From Aliivibrio fischeri ES114 (GTDB lineage Bacteria; Pseudomonadota; Gammaproteobacteria; Enterobacterales; Vibrionaceae), in NCBI RefSeq assembly GCF_000011805.1, contig NC_006840.2: DNA of 32,000 nucleotides; one strand, written 5' to 3'. Made by a program: the position numbers and the translations under genes. This document shows, in pieces, positions 1-9,954 of the stretch. The stretch's first letter is position 1. Each line of letters opens with the position of its first letter. Below the pieces are notes generated by a model. It was not told the DNA's origin and did no database searches. It saw only the letters and a list, made by a program, of their open reading frames with translations.

Positions 1-459
1 AGTAATGATAAGAAGAAAACATTAGGAGGCCTATATATTGATGTTAACGCAAACCTTGTAGATAAGGTCTTTTTTGATGGCTACGCCGATTTCGCAACCA
101 GAATCAGTTCAGATGTTGATACTTGGAAAGCCGGTCTTGGTTACGCTTTTTACTCAACACCAACCTTATCAGTTCCAGCCTCTTGTGGTTGGGTAAACTA
201 TCATGCTGAACGTGACTCAAGATCATACTCTGAAGGTGCAGGCTACTGTAAAGTCGGAGTAAAAACACAAATAGCAAATCACTGGCTACTGGATGCAACC
301 TATCAACATGAATTTTTAGATGAATCTAAAGATACCTTGGGGATTAAAAACGTATTTCAATTTGGACGTGTTTTTGGATTAGTTGCAGGCTTTAAATATG
401 CAGAACGAATCGAGAGTGAAATCACATACCAATTAGGTATGCAGTTCTCTTTCCACTAA
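1..459 (+). CDS. Outer-membrane beta-barrel protein, C-terminal fragment (5' end outside window)
   Basis: Frame 1 is open from base 1 to TAA at 457-459 (hand translated). Amphipathic alternating strands (GLGYAFY, GYCKVGVKTQ, ITYQLGMQFSFH) and an aromatic-rich C-terminus are typical of OM barrels. It is missing from the ORF track because it has no in-window start. Confidence 0.5.
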   Translation, partial: SNDKKKTLGGLYIDVNANLVDKVFFDGYADFATRISSDVDTWKAGLGYAFYSTPTLSVPASCGWVNYHAERDSRSYSEGAGYCKVGVKTQIANHWLLDATYQHEFLDESKDTLGIKNVFQFGRVFGLVAGFKYAERIESEITYQLGMQFSFH

Positions 460-490
460 TTCAATCAGTTATATAGATCTTAATAGCAAA

Positions 491-519
491 AATGGAGGTC
501 TACATAGTATTCCTCCATT
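491..519 (-). terminator. Rho-independent terminator for the lipoprotein gene
   Basis: 8-bp stem aatggagg (491-498) / cctccatt (512-519). On the minus strand it is followed by a T-run (complement of aaaa at 487-490). Confidence 0.45.
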
Positions 520-536
520 ATCAAATAGCGTTATTA

Positions 537-989
537 TCACTCTAAAATGATTTTTGCATTTTTCTCTTGGTCTTCACTTACCAAACTTTGCATTGATGGA
601 TTACTAGGGTAACTCTCACCATCAAAGCGCATTAATACACTTCCCTTTCCTTTTGACCATACAATTATATCGTTCCATCCACTCGTTTTTGTTTCAGCAA
701 TACGTATTGGTGAACCCGTTACTGTACTTTTAGATATGAATGTAAAATCCGAACCCGTATTTTGAAAAATTAATACGGTACACCCACCAGACCCACACCA
801 ATTCATTCCTTTCAACATTACAATTGCATCATCAAATCCATCTGAATTTAAATCAGCATAACCAACATCAAAATTTGGTTTATTTTCTTGAGATATTAAT
901 GACACGGCTTGATTAATGTCTGGAATCTCATGGGCTTCTTCATTACAACCAAATAAGAATAATGAAAATAGAATCCACCAGTATTTCAT
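537..989 (-). CDS. Putative lipoprotein, unknown function
   Basis: N-terminus MKYWWILFSLFLFGC has a signal peptide plus lipobox (LFG|C). Contains a DLNSDGFDD calcium/FG-GAP-like motif and a WCGSGGC motif. Confidence 0.7.
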   Translation of the reverse strand: MKYWWILFSLFLFGCNEEAHEIPDINQAVSLISQENKPNFDVGYADLNSDGFDDAIVMLKGMNWCGSGGCTVLIFQNTGSDFTFISKSTVTGSPIRIAETKTSGWNDIIVWSKGKGSVLMRFDGESYPSNPSMQSLVSEDQEKNAKIILE

Positions 990-1020
990 CTTATTCCTCT
1001 CTTATAAAAACAGAATGGCT

Positions 1021-1063
1021 AAAACAAAAACACTCGACAAATTTTAACTGTCGAGTGTTTTTT
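1021..1063. terminator. Bidirectional-looking rho-independent terminator downstream of the helicase gene
   Basis: Perfect 9-bp stem cactcgaca (1031-1039) / tgtcgagtg (1049-1057). It is flanked by an A-run upstream and a T-run downstream, so a U-tract follows on either strand. Confidence 0.7.
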
Positions 1064-1088
1064 AGATTATTCATATAACAGTATAGAG

Positions 1089-2354
1089 TTACCAGTTATC
1101 TTTGTATTTCTTTTTGTTCTTTTTACCAGTACCTTCAGGTTTAGCGACAGGCTTAATTGAAGCTAAAAGTGCTTCTGTGATCTCTTCATTCACTTCAAAC
1201 CCTTCAACTTGCTCACGCTCAAGACGAATTTTATTTTTCTTCTCAATGATTTTAAAGTGATGGTAATCTTCATAATCAATCAAAGATAATGCTAGACCAA
1301 CTTCTCCTGCACGGCCACTTCGACCAATACGGTGCATATAATCTGCTGGACTTCTTGGTAAATCAAAATTAATCACAACAGGCAGTTTTTCAATATCCAA
1401 ACCACGAGCGGCAATATCTGTTGCGATCAAAACATCAATCTCACCCGCTTTAAATGCTTCAAGAACGCGAGTACGAGCACCTTGACCTTTATCACCATGG
1501 AACACTTCCGCTGCAATACCACGTTTAGCCAGTTTATCAGCTAGATGATTACACGCATTTTTAGCGTTTACAAAGATAAGCGCTTGTCGCCATTGGTTCT
1601 TTTGAATCAAATGAGCAAGAACCGATGTCTTCTCACCTTTATTCACGGTAAAGACACGTTGTACGACGGTACTTGCATCTGCGCTTTGTAATTGAATTTC
1701 TACAGGATTATTCAATAGCGCTTGAGTTAATGTTTGAACTTCTTCTGGAAACGTTGCTGAAAACAGTAATGTTTGTTTTTGCTTTGGGGCTAATGCTAAT
1801 AATTCATTAAGCTCTTCAGTAAAGCCTAAGCTCAGCATTCTATCAGCTTCATCAAGCACTAGCGTTTTCACTTTATCTAGCTTAACTGCATTGCTTGAAA
1901 TCAAATCAAGTAAGCGTCCTGGAGTAGCGACCAAAATATCTGCACCACCACGTAATGCAAGCATTTGAGTATTTACGGAGACACCGCCAAAGACAGAAAC
2001 GGTTTTAATTGCACCATTAAAATGCACAGCGTAAGACTTAATACTATCCGCTACTTGTTTCGCTAACTCACGAGTAGGTACTAATACTAAACCAGTAACA
2101 AAGTTCCCTTTGCTCGCTTGCGCTTTACCCGATTGAAGTTCCGCAATCTGTTGCAATAAAGGCAAAGCAAACGTTGCAGTTTTACCAGAACCTGTATTTG
2201 CTCCTGCAATCAAATCACGTCCAGCAAGCACGCTTGGGATAGCTTGTGCTTGAATTGGTGTTGGCTGTTGATATTCCAACTCAGTTAAACGAGCTAAAAG
2301 AGGCGAAATAAGGCCAAGTTCTGTAAAATTGGCAGGTGCTGTCGTAGTGGTCAT
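1089..2354 (-). CDS. rhlE: ATP-dependent DEAD-box RNA helicase, RhlE-like
   Basis: Q-motif region (PTPIQAQAIP), Walker A ANTGSGKT, VLDEADRM (DEAD box), SAT, HRIGRSGRAG, and a lysine-rich C-terminal tail. Confidence 0.9.
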   Translation of the reverse strand: MTTTTAPANFTELGLISPLLARLTELEYQQPTPIQAQAIPSVLAGRDLIAGANTGSGKTATFALPLLQQIAELQSGKAQASKGNFVTGLVLVPTRELAKQVADSIKSYAVHFNGAIKTVSVFGGVSVNTQMLALRGGADILVATPGRLLDLISSNAVKLDKVKTLVLDEADRMLSLGFTEELNELLALAPKQKQTLLFSATFPEEVQTLTQALLNNPVEIQLQSADASTVVQRVFTVNKGEKTSVLAHLIQKNQWRQALIFVNAKNACNHLADKLAKRGIAAEVFHGDKGQGARTRVLEAFKAGEIDVLIATDIAARGLDIEKLPVVINFDLPRSPADYMHRIGRSGRAGEVGLALSLIDYEDYHHFKIIEKKNKIRLEREQVEGFEVNEEITEALLASIKPVAKPEGTGKKNKKKYKDNW

Positions 2355-2493
2355 GTATATAAAGAACTCAAAGCTAAAAAATAGCCGATCATTTTAGCCT
2401 ATTTCGATGCGATTAAGTGAATTAATTACGTAATAAATTCGGTAACCATTAAAAGCAATTGATCTTTCACGACAGCGATATGAATCATTTCTT

Positions 2494-2913
2494 CTATTGT
2501 TTTTCAATAAACCATGTACCTCGGCACGGTGCGTTTGTTACTTTCCATTCACCTTCAATACGATTATTTTTAGCTAAACCAGTGAAGCGATAACCCCACT
2601 TTTGACTATCAGCATACAAGGCTAGCTCCCCGTGATCAGATATCCATCCTTTTAAGGTCGTATTGTTATACACCAGTCTTAACGACACTTTCCCTTCTTG
2701 AATGGCACCGACAACACTTGTTTGGCGACAAATACTATCACCACTAATATCAATACGTTTACCACTCCAATCACCATCAAAATCGTTTGATATATTAAAT
2801 GAAGGATTATCAGGTAATGGCGTATTTAATGGTACTCTTTCCGTATTATTCATATTACTTGTAATAAAAACAAATAAACCAACCGCAATAATACCCAATA
2901 ATCCTTTTTTCAT
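2494..2913 (-). CDS. Hypothetical exported/membrane-anchored protein
   Basis: 139-aa ORF with N-terminal hydrophobic segment MKKGLLGIIAVGLFVFITS. No recognisable catalytic motif. Confidence 0.55.
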   Translation of the reverse strand: MKKGLLGIIAVGLFVFITSNMNNTERVPLNTPLPDNPSFNISNDFDGDWSGKRIDISGDSICRQTSVVGAIQEGKVSLRLVYNNTTLKGWISDHGELALYADSQKWGYRFTGLAKNNRIEGEWKVTNAPCRGTWFIEKQ

Positions 2914-2945
2914 TTTATATCCTTATAATACATTCAAATAACAAA

Positions 2946-3524
2946 CTACTCTGTTGCTTTATTATCACGTAGTGTGGCTTTTACAGGTTCAACAACAATG
3001 GTATTTATATCGATATCAGCGACATTATTTTCGATATAATTAAGATCTCGTTCATTTTTATCATGTACCGTAATCGTAATGTCTCCATTACCACCACAGC
3101 GATCACCATAAATTTCACCGATGTACTTTATTTCTTTAGGCTTTAATGTAAATGATTCGGTAATCATCGGCTCATCATAACTGAAGAATGGGTTCGTATT
3201 CGATAACCAGAAATCATAAGTACCCGGCTCAAGAACGGTTGAATAAACTAAGGCATATTCTGATTCAAAAAAACTATCAATATATCCATTATTTAACTGA
3301 TAAACACCGATACTATCAGCGAAAACAGCCGGATCTTCTGCTTTTTTTATAACAACTTGAACGGTATTAATCTTACAAGCTTCGTATGCACCAGCTGAAA
3401 AAATTAATACGGATTGATTCTCTTCTAGGTTATTTACATCAACGTCATAAACCGTTGGCAACGTGGTCGCGCAACCAGTCAATACACTTAATGCTGTACC
3501 AATAAACAAAGCTTTAGTTTTCAT
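2946..3524 (-). CDS. Putative lipoprotein, unknown function
   Basis: The ORF track starts at 3554. The internal Met at 3524 gives MKTKALFIGTALSVLTGC with a signal peptide and lipobox (LTG|C), so that start is preferred. Confidence 0.65.
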   Translation of the reverse strand: MKTKALFIGTALSVLTGCATTLPTVYDVDVNNLEENQSVLIFSAGAYEACKINTVQVVIKKAEDPAVFADSIGVYQLNNGYIDSFFESEYALVYSTVLEPGTYDFWLSNTNPFFSYDEPMITESFTLKPKEIKYIGEIYGDRCGGNGDITITVHDKNERDLNYIENNVADIDINTIVVEPVKATLRDNKATE

Positions 3525-3831
3525 TTTGCATCCCTGTATAAACAATATATCCACTAACGAACACTAAGTTTATATAGGTCTTTTTTCTTCATCATTACTG
3601 TTTCTATTTCAAACAATAAATATGCTAAGTCACTCTAATAACTTGGCATTGAATATAAAAAAATGAGAGACACTCGATATATCAGTTAAATTCACTATAA
3701 TTGATTTAATCGTAATATTTACTCTAAGCAAAAAAGTTCGATACCCTTTACAAAAAGAATAAGCACTTTCCACATTAAATCAGTGTTAAAATATCTGCCT
3801 CAATACTTAAACTATTTTACGAGAATTTTTA

Positions 3832-4167
3832 ATGTCGACTCAAAACCCTGTTCTTGAAGATGTGTTTGTTGCTTTTCAAGTGATCCCACGATTAAAAGAA
3901 GGCAATAATTTTGAAGTTGTAGATAAAGCAATTGAAGTTGTTAAAGCAGCAAATGTTCCCTACCAAGTTGGCGCAATGGAAACAACGATGAAAGGTGAAT
4001 TGAATTATTTACTAGAAGTCGTTAAAAAAGCTCAACAAGCATGCTACGACGCAGGTGCTCTAGAAGTGATTACCAATATAAAAATCCACAGTAAAACAGA
4101 GGCTGCGACAGATACTTTCTGCACTTATGATCGTGGTGTAACCAAAGCAAACCATATGTTTGTTTAA
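3832..4167 (+). CDS. MTH1187/YkoF-like (DUF77) small thiamine-binding-family protein
   Basis: 111 aa. Pattern VAFQVIP...VDKAIEVVKAANVPYQVGAMETTMKGEL...AGALEVITNIKI recalls the MTH1187/YkoF ferredoxin-like family. Confidence 0.6.
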   Translation: MSTQNPVLEDVFVAFQVIPRLKEGNNFEVVDKAIEVVKAANVPYQVGAMETTMKGELNYLLEVVKKAQQACYDAGALEVITNIKIHSKTEAATDTFCTYDRGVTKANHMFV

Positions 4168-4177
4168 CATGAATATC

Positions 4178-4204
4178 TAGCCGTCAGTAAAATGCTGACG
4201 GCTA
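4178..4204. terminator. Stem-loop between convergent genes (no clear U-tract)
   Basis: 10-bp perfect stem tagccgtcag / ctgacggcta with a 7-nt loop. No T-run directly follows on either strand, so function as a terminator is uncertain. Confidence 0.35.
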
Positions 4205-4246
4205 AAAATGAACTAATTATTGTATGTTATTTTTCAAACTCTACAC

Positions 4247-4528
4247 TTAATCTGAAAATTTAGAATACAACTCAGGTTCCTTGCTTAATAAATTAAGAAC
4301 CTTACTTGCTAAACCTGTTGGGTTTCGTCTTCCTTGCTCCCAACTTTTCACGGTATCAACACTAACATCAATTGCCATTGCTAACTCTTTCTGTGTTACA
4401 TGTAACTGTTCTCGAATGGCCTTCACGTCTGCTATTTCATAACGTGTAACGTTACCTTCTAAATTTCCTTTTTTTATTTCAACCGCTTGCTCTAGTGATT
4501 TAATGATGTCATCTGCAATACTACTCAT
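4247..4528 (-). CDS. XRE-family HTH protein resembling HigA2/NadS-type type II antitoxins (no adjacent toxin)
   Basis: 93 aa. VKAIREQLHVTQKELAMAIDVSVDTVKSWEQGRRNPTGLASKVLNLL is the HTH plus 'WEQGRR.P.G' signature recalled for this antitoxin family. Confidence 0.7.
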   Translation of the reverse strand: MSSIADDIIKSLEQAVEIKKGNLEGNVTRYEIADVKAIREQLHVTQKELAMAIDVSVDTVKSWEQGRRNPTGLASKVLNLLSKEPELYSKFSD

Positions 4529-4553
4529 TGTTGTACCTCATTTTTCAATCTAG

Positions 4554-4568
4554 GAGTACATTGTACTC
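4554..4568. promoter_or_regulatory. Perfect 15-bp palindrome, candidate autoregulatory operator of the HTH gene
   Basis: GAGTACA-T-TGTACTC lies 26-40 nt upstream of the HTH start codon at 4528. Confidence 0.4.
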
Positions 4569-4760
4569 TACTAGTAACGAGTATACATAAGCTTAAGAAT
4601 CAATCAATTTGAAAGTACCCTTTTCCTTTTCATCTTTAAGTATCTAATAAACTTTGCGCTAGATCTCTTATTCAGTCTTTCATCAATTAGATTCCTGCGT
4701 TTGATCACAATTAGTTACATTCCTAGATGCAATGTGTCAATTCTTGCTCTAAATTCACCA

Positions 4761-4786
4761 TCGAAACGTTTACGCAAACGTTTCGA
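4761..4786. promoter_or_regulatory. Candidate double RbsR (LacI-family) operator upstream of rbsD
   Basis: TCGAAACGTTT-ACGC-AAACGTTTCGA: two 11-bp arms are exact reverse complements and each contains the self-palindromic AAACGTTT core with a central CG. It sits 55-80 nt upstream of the rbsD ATG. Confidence 0.65.
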
Positions 4787-4840
4787 TGAGCACAAAACAG
4801 ACAATAAACGCTCATTGCATTTTTAACTTAAGGTGTCCTC

Positions 4841-5260
4841 ATGAAAAAAAATACGCTGCTAAATTCTGAATTGTCATACGTTATCGCAACACTTGGTCAT
4901 ACTGATGAGATCACCATTTGTGATGCTGGCCTTCCTATTCCTGACGCTTCACAACGTATTGACCTTGCTCTAATTCAAGGCATACCAACCTTTATTGACA
5001 CCGTAAAAGCAACACTTACTGAAATGCAAATTGAAGGCGTAATTGTTGCCGAAGAATTTAAAACCGTTAGCCCACAAATGCACGATGAACTAATGACACT
5101 CATTGCAGCCGAAGAAGCGCAATGTAGTAAATCAATCACTGTTTCTTACATTCCTCATGAGGAATTCAAAATCCATACTCGTGAGAGTAAAGCGATCGTT
5201 CGAACTGGTGAATGTACCCCTTATGCCAATGTAATTTTTCAATCTGGCGTTGTTTTTTAA
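4841..5260 (+). CDS. rbsD: D-ribose pyranase
   Basis: 139 aa, MKKNTLLNSELSYVIATLGHTDEITICDAGLPIP is typical RbsD. First gene of the rbsDACBKR order. Confidence 0.92.
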   Translation: MKKNTLLNSELSYVIATLGHTDEITICDAGLPIPDASQRIDLALIQGIPTFIDTVKATLTEMQIEGVIVAEEFKTVSPQMHDELMTLIAAEEAQCSKSITVSYIPHEEFKIHTRESKAIVRTGECTPYANVIFQSGVVF

Positions 5261-5272
5261 GTAGGATACGTT

Positions 5273-6787
5273 ATGACTCAAGCTATCTTAGAATTAAACG
5301 GCATTGAGAAAGCCTTCCCCGGAGTGAAAGCTCTGGATGGTGCTTGTCTTAATGTCTATCCCGGCAAAGTCATGGCCCTGATGGGTGAAAATGGCGCGGG
5401 TAAATCAACCTTAATGAAGTCACTAACGGGCATCTACGCAATGGATGCTGGCGAAATCCGCTATGAAGGCAAAGCGGTTAACTTTAATGGTCCTAAACAC
5501 TCTCAAGAATCTGGTATTAGTATTATTCACCAAGAGTTGAACCTAATTCCTGAATTGACCATTGCAGAAAACATCTTCTTAGGCCGTGAAAAAACCAATG
5601 CGTTTGGCGGGATCAAATGGTCTGAAATGTACAAAGATGCTGATGCCCTACTCAAACGTTTGAATGTAAAACACCACTCTCGCCAACTATTAGGTGAACT
5701 GAGTTTAGGTGAACAACAAATGGTTGAAATTGCCAAAGCTCTATCATTCAAATCCAAAGTTATCATCATGGATGAACCGACAGATGCGTTAACGGATACC
5801 GAAACCGAATCGCTATTTAAAGTAATTAACGAACTACGTGATGAAGGTTGTGGCATTGTTTATATCTCGCACCGTCTAAAAGAGATCTTCGAGATCTGCG
5901 ATGACATTACAGTACTGCGTGATGGTAAATTCATCGGTGAACGTGTCGTTGCGGATATCGATGAAGACACACTAATTGAAATGATGGTAGGCCGTCGTCT
6001 TGATGAGCAATACCCTCGCATCGATGTTCAACATGGTGAAAAATCCCTAGAGCTATTCGATGTATCAGGTCCTGGTGTTCATAATGTTAGCTTTTCATTA
6101 GACCGTGGGGAAATCCTTGGGATCTCAGGTTTAATGGGCGCAGGCCGTACTGAATTGATGAAAATCATCTACGGTGCACTGCCAATGACTTGTGGTGCTA
6201 TCAAGCTAAACAACAAAATGATTAACCCTATTTCACCACGTGATGGATTAGCTAATGGCATCGCCTACATCTCAGAAGACCGTAAAGGTGATGGTCTGGT
6301 TCTTGGATTATCGGTTAAAGAGAACATGTCGATTTGTTCTTTAGATCAATTATCGAAAGGCATTCAATTAGATCATCATGCGGAAGTCACCGCGGTTGAA
6401 GACTTTATTCGTTTATTCAACATTAAGACCCCTACTCGTGATCAAATCATTGGTAATTTATCTGGTGGTAATCAACAAAAAGTAGCCATTGCTAAAGGAT
6501 TAATGACTCGTCCAAAAGTATTGATTTTAGATGAACCAACACGTGGCGTTGATGTTGGTGCGAAAAAAGAGATCTACCAATTAATTAACCAATTTAAAGC
6601 GGAAGGCATGAGCATCATTTTAGTCTCATCTGAAATGCCTGAAGTTCTAGGAATGAGTGACCGCATCCTAGTTATGCATGAAGGCCGTATTAGTGGCGAA
6701 TTCATGGCAAAAGATGCCGACCAAGAAAAATTATTGGCTTGTGCAGTAGGTAAAACTGTTGAGCAAAATGTAGAGGTAACAGCATGA
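5273..6787 (+). CDS. rbsA: Ribose ABC transporter ATP-binding protein (tandem ABC domains)
   Basis: Two Walker A motifs ([17 protein letters not shown]), two signature motifs ([15 protein letters not shown]) and two Walker B motifs (IIMDEPT, LILDEPT). Confidence 0.95.
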   Translation: MTQAILELNGIEKAFPGVKALDGACLNVYPGKVMALMGENGAGKSTLMKSLTGIYAMDAGEIRYEGKAVNFNGPKHSQESGISIIHQELNLIPELTIAENIFLGREKTNAFGGIKWSEMYKDADALLKRLNVKHHSRQLLGELSLGEQQMVEIAKALSFKSKVIIMDEPTDALTDTETESLFKVINELRDEGCGIVYISHRLKEIFEICDDITVLRDGKFIGERVVADIDEDTLIEMMVGRRLDEQYPRIDVQHGEKSLELFDVSGPGVHNVSFSLDRGEILGISGLMGAGRTELMKIIYGALPMTCGAIKLNNKMINPISPRDGLANGIAYISEDRKGDGLVLGLSVKENMSICSLDQLSKGIQLDHHAEVTAVEDFIRLFNIKTPTRDQIIGNLSGGNQQKVAIAKGLMTRPKVLILDEPTRGVDVGAKKEIYQLINQFKAEGMSIILVSSEMPEVLGMSDRILVMHEGRISGEFMAKDADQEKLLACAVGKTVEQNVEVTA

Positions 6788-7770
6788 GCACCAAATCAAT
6801 GACTTCAACTGAAACACAACAAAAGAAAGGCGGCATTTTTTCTAAAGAGTGGCTGATTGAACAAAAATCATTAATCGCGCTATTGCTTTTGATTGTCGTG
6901 GTATCCTTTTTGAACGACAACTTTTTTACTGTCGACAACATCCTAAACATCCTACGTCAAACCTCAGTTAACGCGATTATTGCGGTAGGTATGACGTTAG
7001 TTATCTTAACGGCAGGTATCGACTTAAGCGTTGGCTCTGTATTAGCCCTTTGTGGTGCTTTTGCGGCAACCATGATTGGCCTTGAAATTCCGGTGATGAT
7101 TGCGGTTCCAACAGCACTACTTGCTGGTGCAGCTCTAGGTGCAATCAGCGGTATTATTATCGCAAAAGGTAAAGTTCAAGCATTCATTGCGACGCTAGTA
7201 ACCATGACGTTATTACGTGGTGTGACAATGGTTTACACAGAAGGTCGCCCTATCTCTACTGGTTTTACTGATGTTGCTGACAGCTTTGCATGGTTCGGTA
7301 CAGGTTACGCGCTTGGTATCCCAGTTCCTATCTGGCTAATGGTTATCGTGTTTGCATCTGTATGGTACTTACTAAACCACACACGTTTTGGTCGCTACGT
7401 TTATGCTCTAGGTGGCAATGAATCAGCAACTCGCCTATCTGGTATCAATGTGGATCGCGTTAAGATCGGTGTTTACGCTATCTGTGGTCTACTTGCTGCA
7501 CTGGCTGGTTTAATCGTAACGTCTCGTCTTTCTTCAGCTCAACCAACAGCAGGTATGGGCTACGAGCTAGACGCTATCGCAGCGGTTGTACTTGGTGGTA
7601 CAAGCCTTGCGGGTGGTAAAGGTCGCATCATGGGTACATTAATTGGTGCGCTTATCATCGGCTTCTTAAACAACGCTCTGAACTTATTAGATGTTTCTTC
7701 TTACTACCAAATGATTGCCAAAGCAGTGGTTATCCTACTGGCAGTATTAGTGGACAACAAAAACAAGTAA
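6784..7770 (+). CDS. rbsC: Ribose ABC transporter permease
   Basis: Polytopic membrane protein whose ATGA start overlaps the rbsA stop. Position in the rbs operon supports the call. Confidence 0.92.
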   Translation: MSTKSMTSTETQQKKGGIFSKEWLIEQKSLIALLLLIVVVSFLNDNFFTVDNILNILRQTSVNAIIAVGMTLVILTAGIDLSVGSVLALCGAFAATMIGLEIPVMIAVPTALLAGAALGAISGIIIAKGKVQAFIATLVTMTLLRGVTMVYTEGRPISTGFTDVADSFAWFGTGYALGIPVPIWLMVIVFASVWYLLNHTRFGRYVYALGGNESATRLSGINVDRVKIGVYAICGLLAALAGLIVTSRLSSAQPTAGMGYELDAIAAVVLGGTSLAGGKGRIMGTLIGALIIGFLNNALNLLDVSSYYQMIAKAVVILLAVLVDNKNK

Positions 7771-7901
7771 CACCTTATTATTTATACAATAACTTATTAC
7801 GAATACCCCTATAAATTCGTTTGCTGTTAACACAAAAATAGGCACAACCAGACGTACCATGTTTGACTTGTGCCGCCCTACACCCTTATAAGGAATATAG
7901 A

Positions 7902-8780
7902 ATGAAAAAGTTAGCAACCCTAATCTCTGCAGCCCTACTTTCTACCTCTTTCGCATCAACAGCGGCAGCTCAAGATACGATGGCAATGGTCGTTTCAACA
8001 TTGAATAACCCATTTTTTGTGACCATGAAAGAAGGCGCTGAAGCAAAAGCAAAAGACCTAGGCTACAAACTGATTGTTCTTGATTCTCAAAACGATCCAA
8101 GTAAAGAGCTTTCAAACATTGAAGATCTTACGGTTCGTGGCGTAAAAGCAATTCTTATCAACCCAACCGATTCAGATGCCGTTTCAAATGCGATTCGTAT
8201 GGCTAACCGCTCTGGTATTCCTGTATTAACGCTTGACCGTGGTGCGAGCCGTGGTGAAGTAGTTAGCCACATTGCATCAGATAACGTTGCTGGTGGTGAG
8301 ATGGCAGGTAAATTCATCATGGAAAAAGTGGGCGAAAAAGCACGCGTTATCCAACTTGAAGGCATCGCTGGTACCTCTGCTGCACGTGAACGTGGTGAAG
8401 GTTTCATGAAAACAGTAGATAATGGTGATCTGACTCTACTTGGTAGCCAACCTGCTGATTTTGACCGTACTAAAGGTCTTAACGTTATGGAAAACATGAT
8501 TGCAGCAAACCCTGATGTTCAAGCGGTATTTGCTCAAAATGATGAAATGGCGTTAGGTGCTCTACGTGCAGTTCAAGCATCAGGTAAAGACGTATTAATC
8601 GTCGGTTTTGATGGCACAGAAGATGGTATTGCAGCGGTTAATCGTGGTCTACTTGGCGCAACTATCGCACAGCAACCAGACCTAATTGGTGCACTTGGTG
8701 TAGAAACAGCGGCTAAAGTTCTTAAAGGTGAAAAGGTTGAGAAATTCATTCCTGTTGACCTAAAAGTTATTACAAAGTAA
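7902..8780 (+). CDS. rbsB: Periplasmic D-ribose-binding protein
   Basis: The ATG at 7902 is preceded by aggaat, and the signal peptide [23 protein letters not shown] follows. The track ORF begins 39 nt earlier at a TTG, which I reject. LacI/PBP type-1 fold sequence follows. Confidence 0.92.
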   Translation: MKKLATLISAALLSTSFASTAAAQDTMAMVVSTLNNPFFVTMKEGAEAKAKDLGYKLIVLDSQNDPSKELSNIEDLTVRGVKAILINPTDSDAVSNAIRMANRSGIPVLTLDRGASRGEVVSHIASDNVAGGEMAGKFIMEKVGEKARVIQLEGIAGTSAARERGEGFMKTVDNGDLTLLGSQPADFDRTKGLNVMENMIAANPDVQAVFAQNDEMALGALRAVQASGKDVLIVGFDGTEDGIAAVNRGLLGATIAQQPDLIGALGVETAAKVLKGEKVEKFIPVDLKVITK

Positions 8781-8803
8781 TCAGCTTATAAAGTAATAAA
8801 AGC

Positions 8804-8850
8804 GGAGCATTGATACGCTCACAACAACCAGTATCAGTGCTCCCTCTTTT
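8804..8850 (+). terminator. Intra-operon terminator/attenuator hairpin after rbsB
   Basis: 13-bp stem ggagcattgatac / gtatcagtgctcc (one G-U pair) followed by ctctttt. A 190-nt gap precedes rbsK. Confidence 0.6.
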
Positions 8851-8971
8851 CAAACATTAGAACCCTATAAAACCTATCGTTAAATGTACGAATTAATCAG
8901 TGAACTGATCGCCCATTTACCCATATGTTTTAAGACCACATTCCGGTCACAGATAAGAAACAAGGCACATT

Positions 8972-9889
8972 ATGAATAAATTAGTTGTTTTAGGTAGCGT
9001 AAACGCAGACCACGTTCTTCAAGTTGCTTCATTCCCTCGCCCTGGCGAGACGTTACACGGTCACAGCTATTCCGTTATTCCTGGTGGCAAAGGCGCAAAC
9101 CAAGCGGTTGCGGCGGCACGTTTAGGTGCTGATATCGCATTTATCGCAAGTGTGGGTGATGACAGTTTTGGTCACCAGATGATTGAAGCTTTTCAGTTTG
9201 ATGGCATTAATACCGAAGCGGTGATGATTGAAGAAAATACACCAACCGGCATTGCGATGATCCAAGTAGCAGCGACCGGCGAAAACAGCATTTGTATTTC
9301 AGCAGAAGCAAATGCGCGTTTAACGGCAGATCGTATCGCTCCTCATCACGGATTAATCGAAGCCGCTGATACCCTATTAATGCAACTTGAAACGCCTATT
9401 GAAACCATAGAAAAAGCAGCACAAATTGCCAAAGCAGCAGGAACTAAAGTGGTATTAAACCCAGCCCCTGCACATCAATTAAGTGATGACTTATTACAAC
9501 TTGTTGATATCATTACACCAAACGAAACAGAAGCCGAACTATTAACAGGCATTCAAGTAACGGATATGGCAAGCGCTCAACAAGCGGCTGATGCACTTCA
9601 TGCAAAAGGCATCGAAACCGTAATGATCACCCTTGGCAGCAAAGGGGTCTGGATAAGCCAAAATGGTTCTGGTCGCCAAGTTGAAGGTTTCAAAGTACAA
9701 GCGACAGATACAACAGGTGCAGGAGATACTTTCAACGGTGCATTCTTAACTGGATTACAATCAGGCCGTAAATTGGATGATGCTATCAAGTTTGCTCACG
9801 CTGCTGCCGCAATATCTGTAACTCGAATGGGTGCTCAAACGTCAATACCTTCAATCACTGAAGTCGAACGTTTTCTCTTAGAGCATTGA
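8972..9889 (+). CDS. rbsK: Ribokinase
   Basis: PfkB-family motifs GGKGANQAVAAARLG and DTTGAGDTFNGAF. Operon context supports the call. Confidence 0.93.
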   Translation: MNKLVVLGSVNADHVLQVASFPRPGETLHGHSYSVIPGGKGANQAVAAARLGADIAFIASVGDDSFGHQMIEAFQFDGINTEAVMIEENTPTGIAMIQVAATGENSICISAEANARLTADRIAPHHGLIEAADTLLMQLETPIETIEKAAQIAKAAGTKVVLNPAPAHQLSDDLLQLVDIITPNETEAELLTGIQVTDMASAQQAADALHAKGIETVMITLGSKGVWISQNGSGRQVEGFKVQATDTTGAGDTFNGAFLTGLQSGRKLDDAIKFAHAAAAISVTRMGAQTSIPSITEVERFLLEH

Positions 9890-9954
9890 TAATTAAATAT
9901 CGTTGCCTGTATTTGTATTTAATGTAGGCAACGATATAAACAAGGATTGAATTT

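Noticed and set aside
104-298. 64-aa minus-strand ORF
   Set aside because: It lies entirely antisense to the open frame-1 reading frame of the outer-membrane barrel fragment. It has no RBS and a low-complexity product.
2702-2941. 79-aa plus-strand ORF
   Set aside because: It is antisense to the better-supported 139-aa exported-protein gene and has no RBS or recognisable motifs.
3555-3831. Possible TPP (THI-box) riboswitch upstream of the YkoF/MTH1187-like gene
   Set aside because: Only a vague 'tgagag' string is present. The conserved CUGAGA...ACCUGAUCUGGAUAAUGCCAGCG elements are absent.
4601-4705. 34-codon GTG-initiated basic ORF upstream of the antitoxin-like gene, considered as a toxin
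   Set aside because: It is too short and shows no RelE/HigB/ParE-like motifs. It ends about 70 nt before the HTH gene rather than being coupled, and it has no RBS.
5527-5856. Antisense ORFs inside rbsA, rbsA/rbsC, rbsB and rbsK (5527-5856, 6702-6950, 8087-8497, 9598-9789)
   Set aside because: They are embedded opposite strongly supported rbs genes. The Ser/Pro/Arg-rich products are typical of antisense frames in coding DNA.
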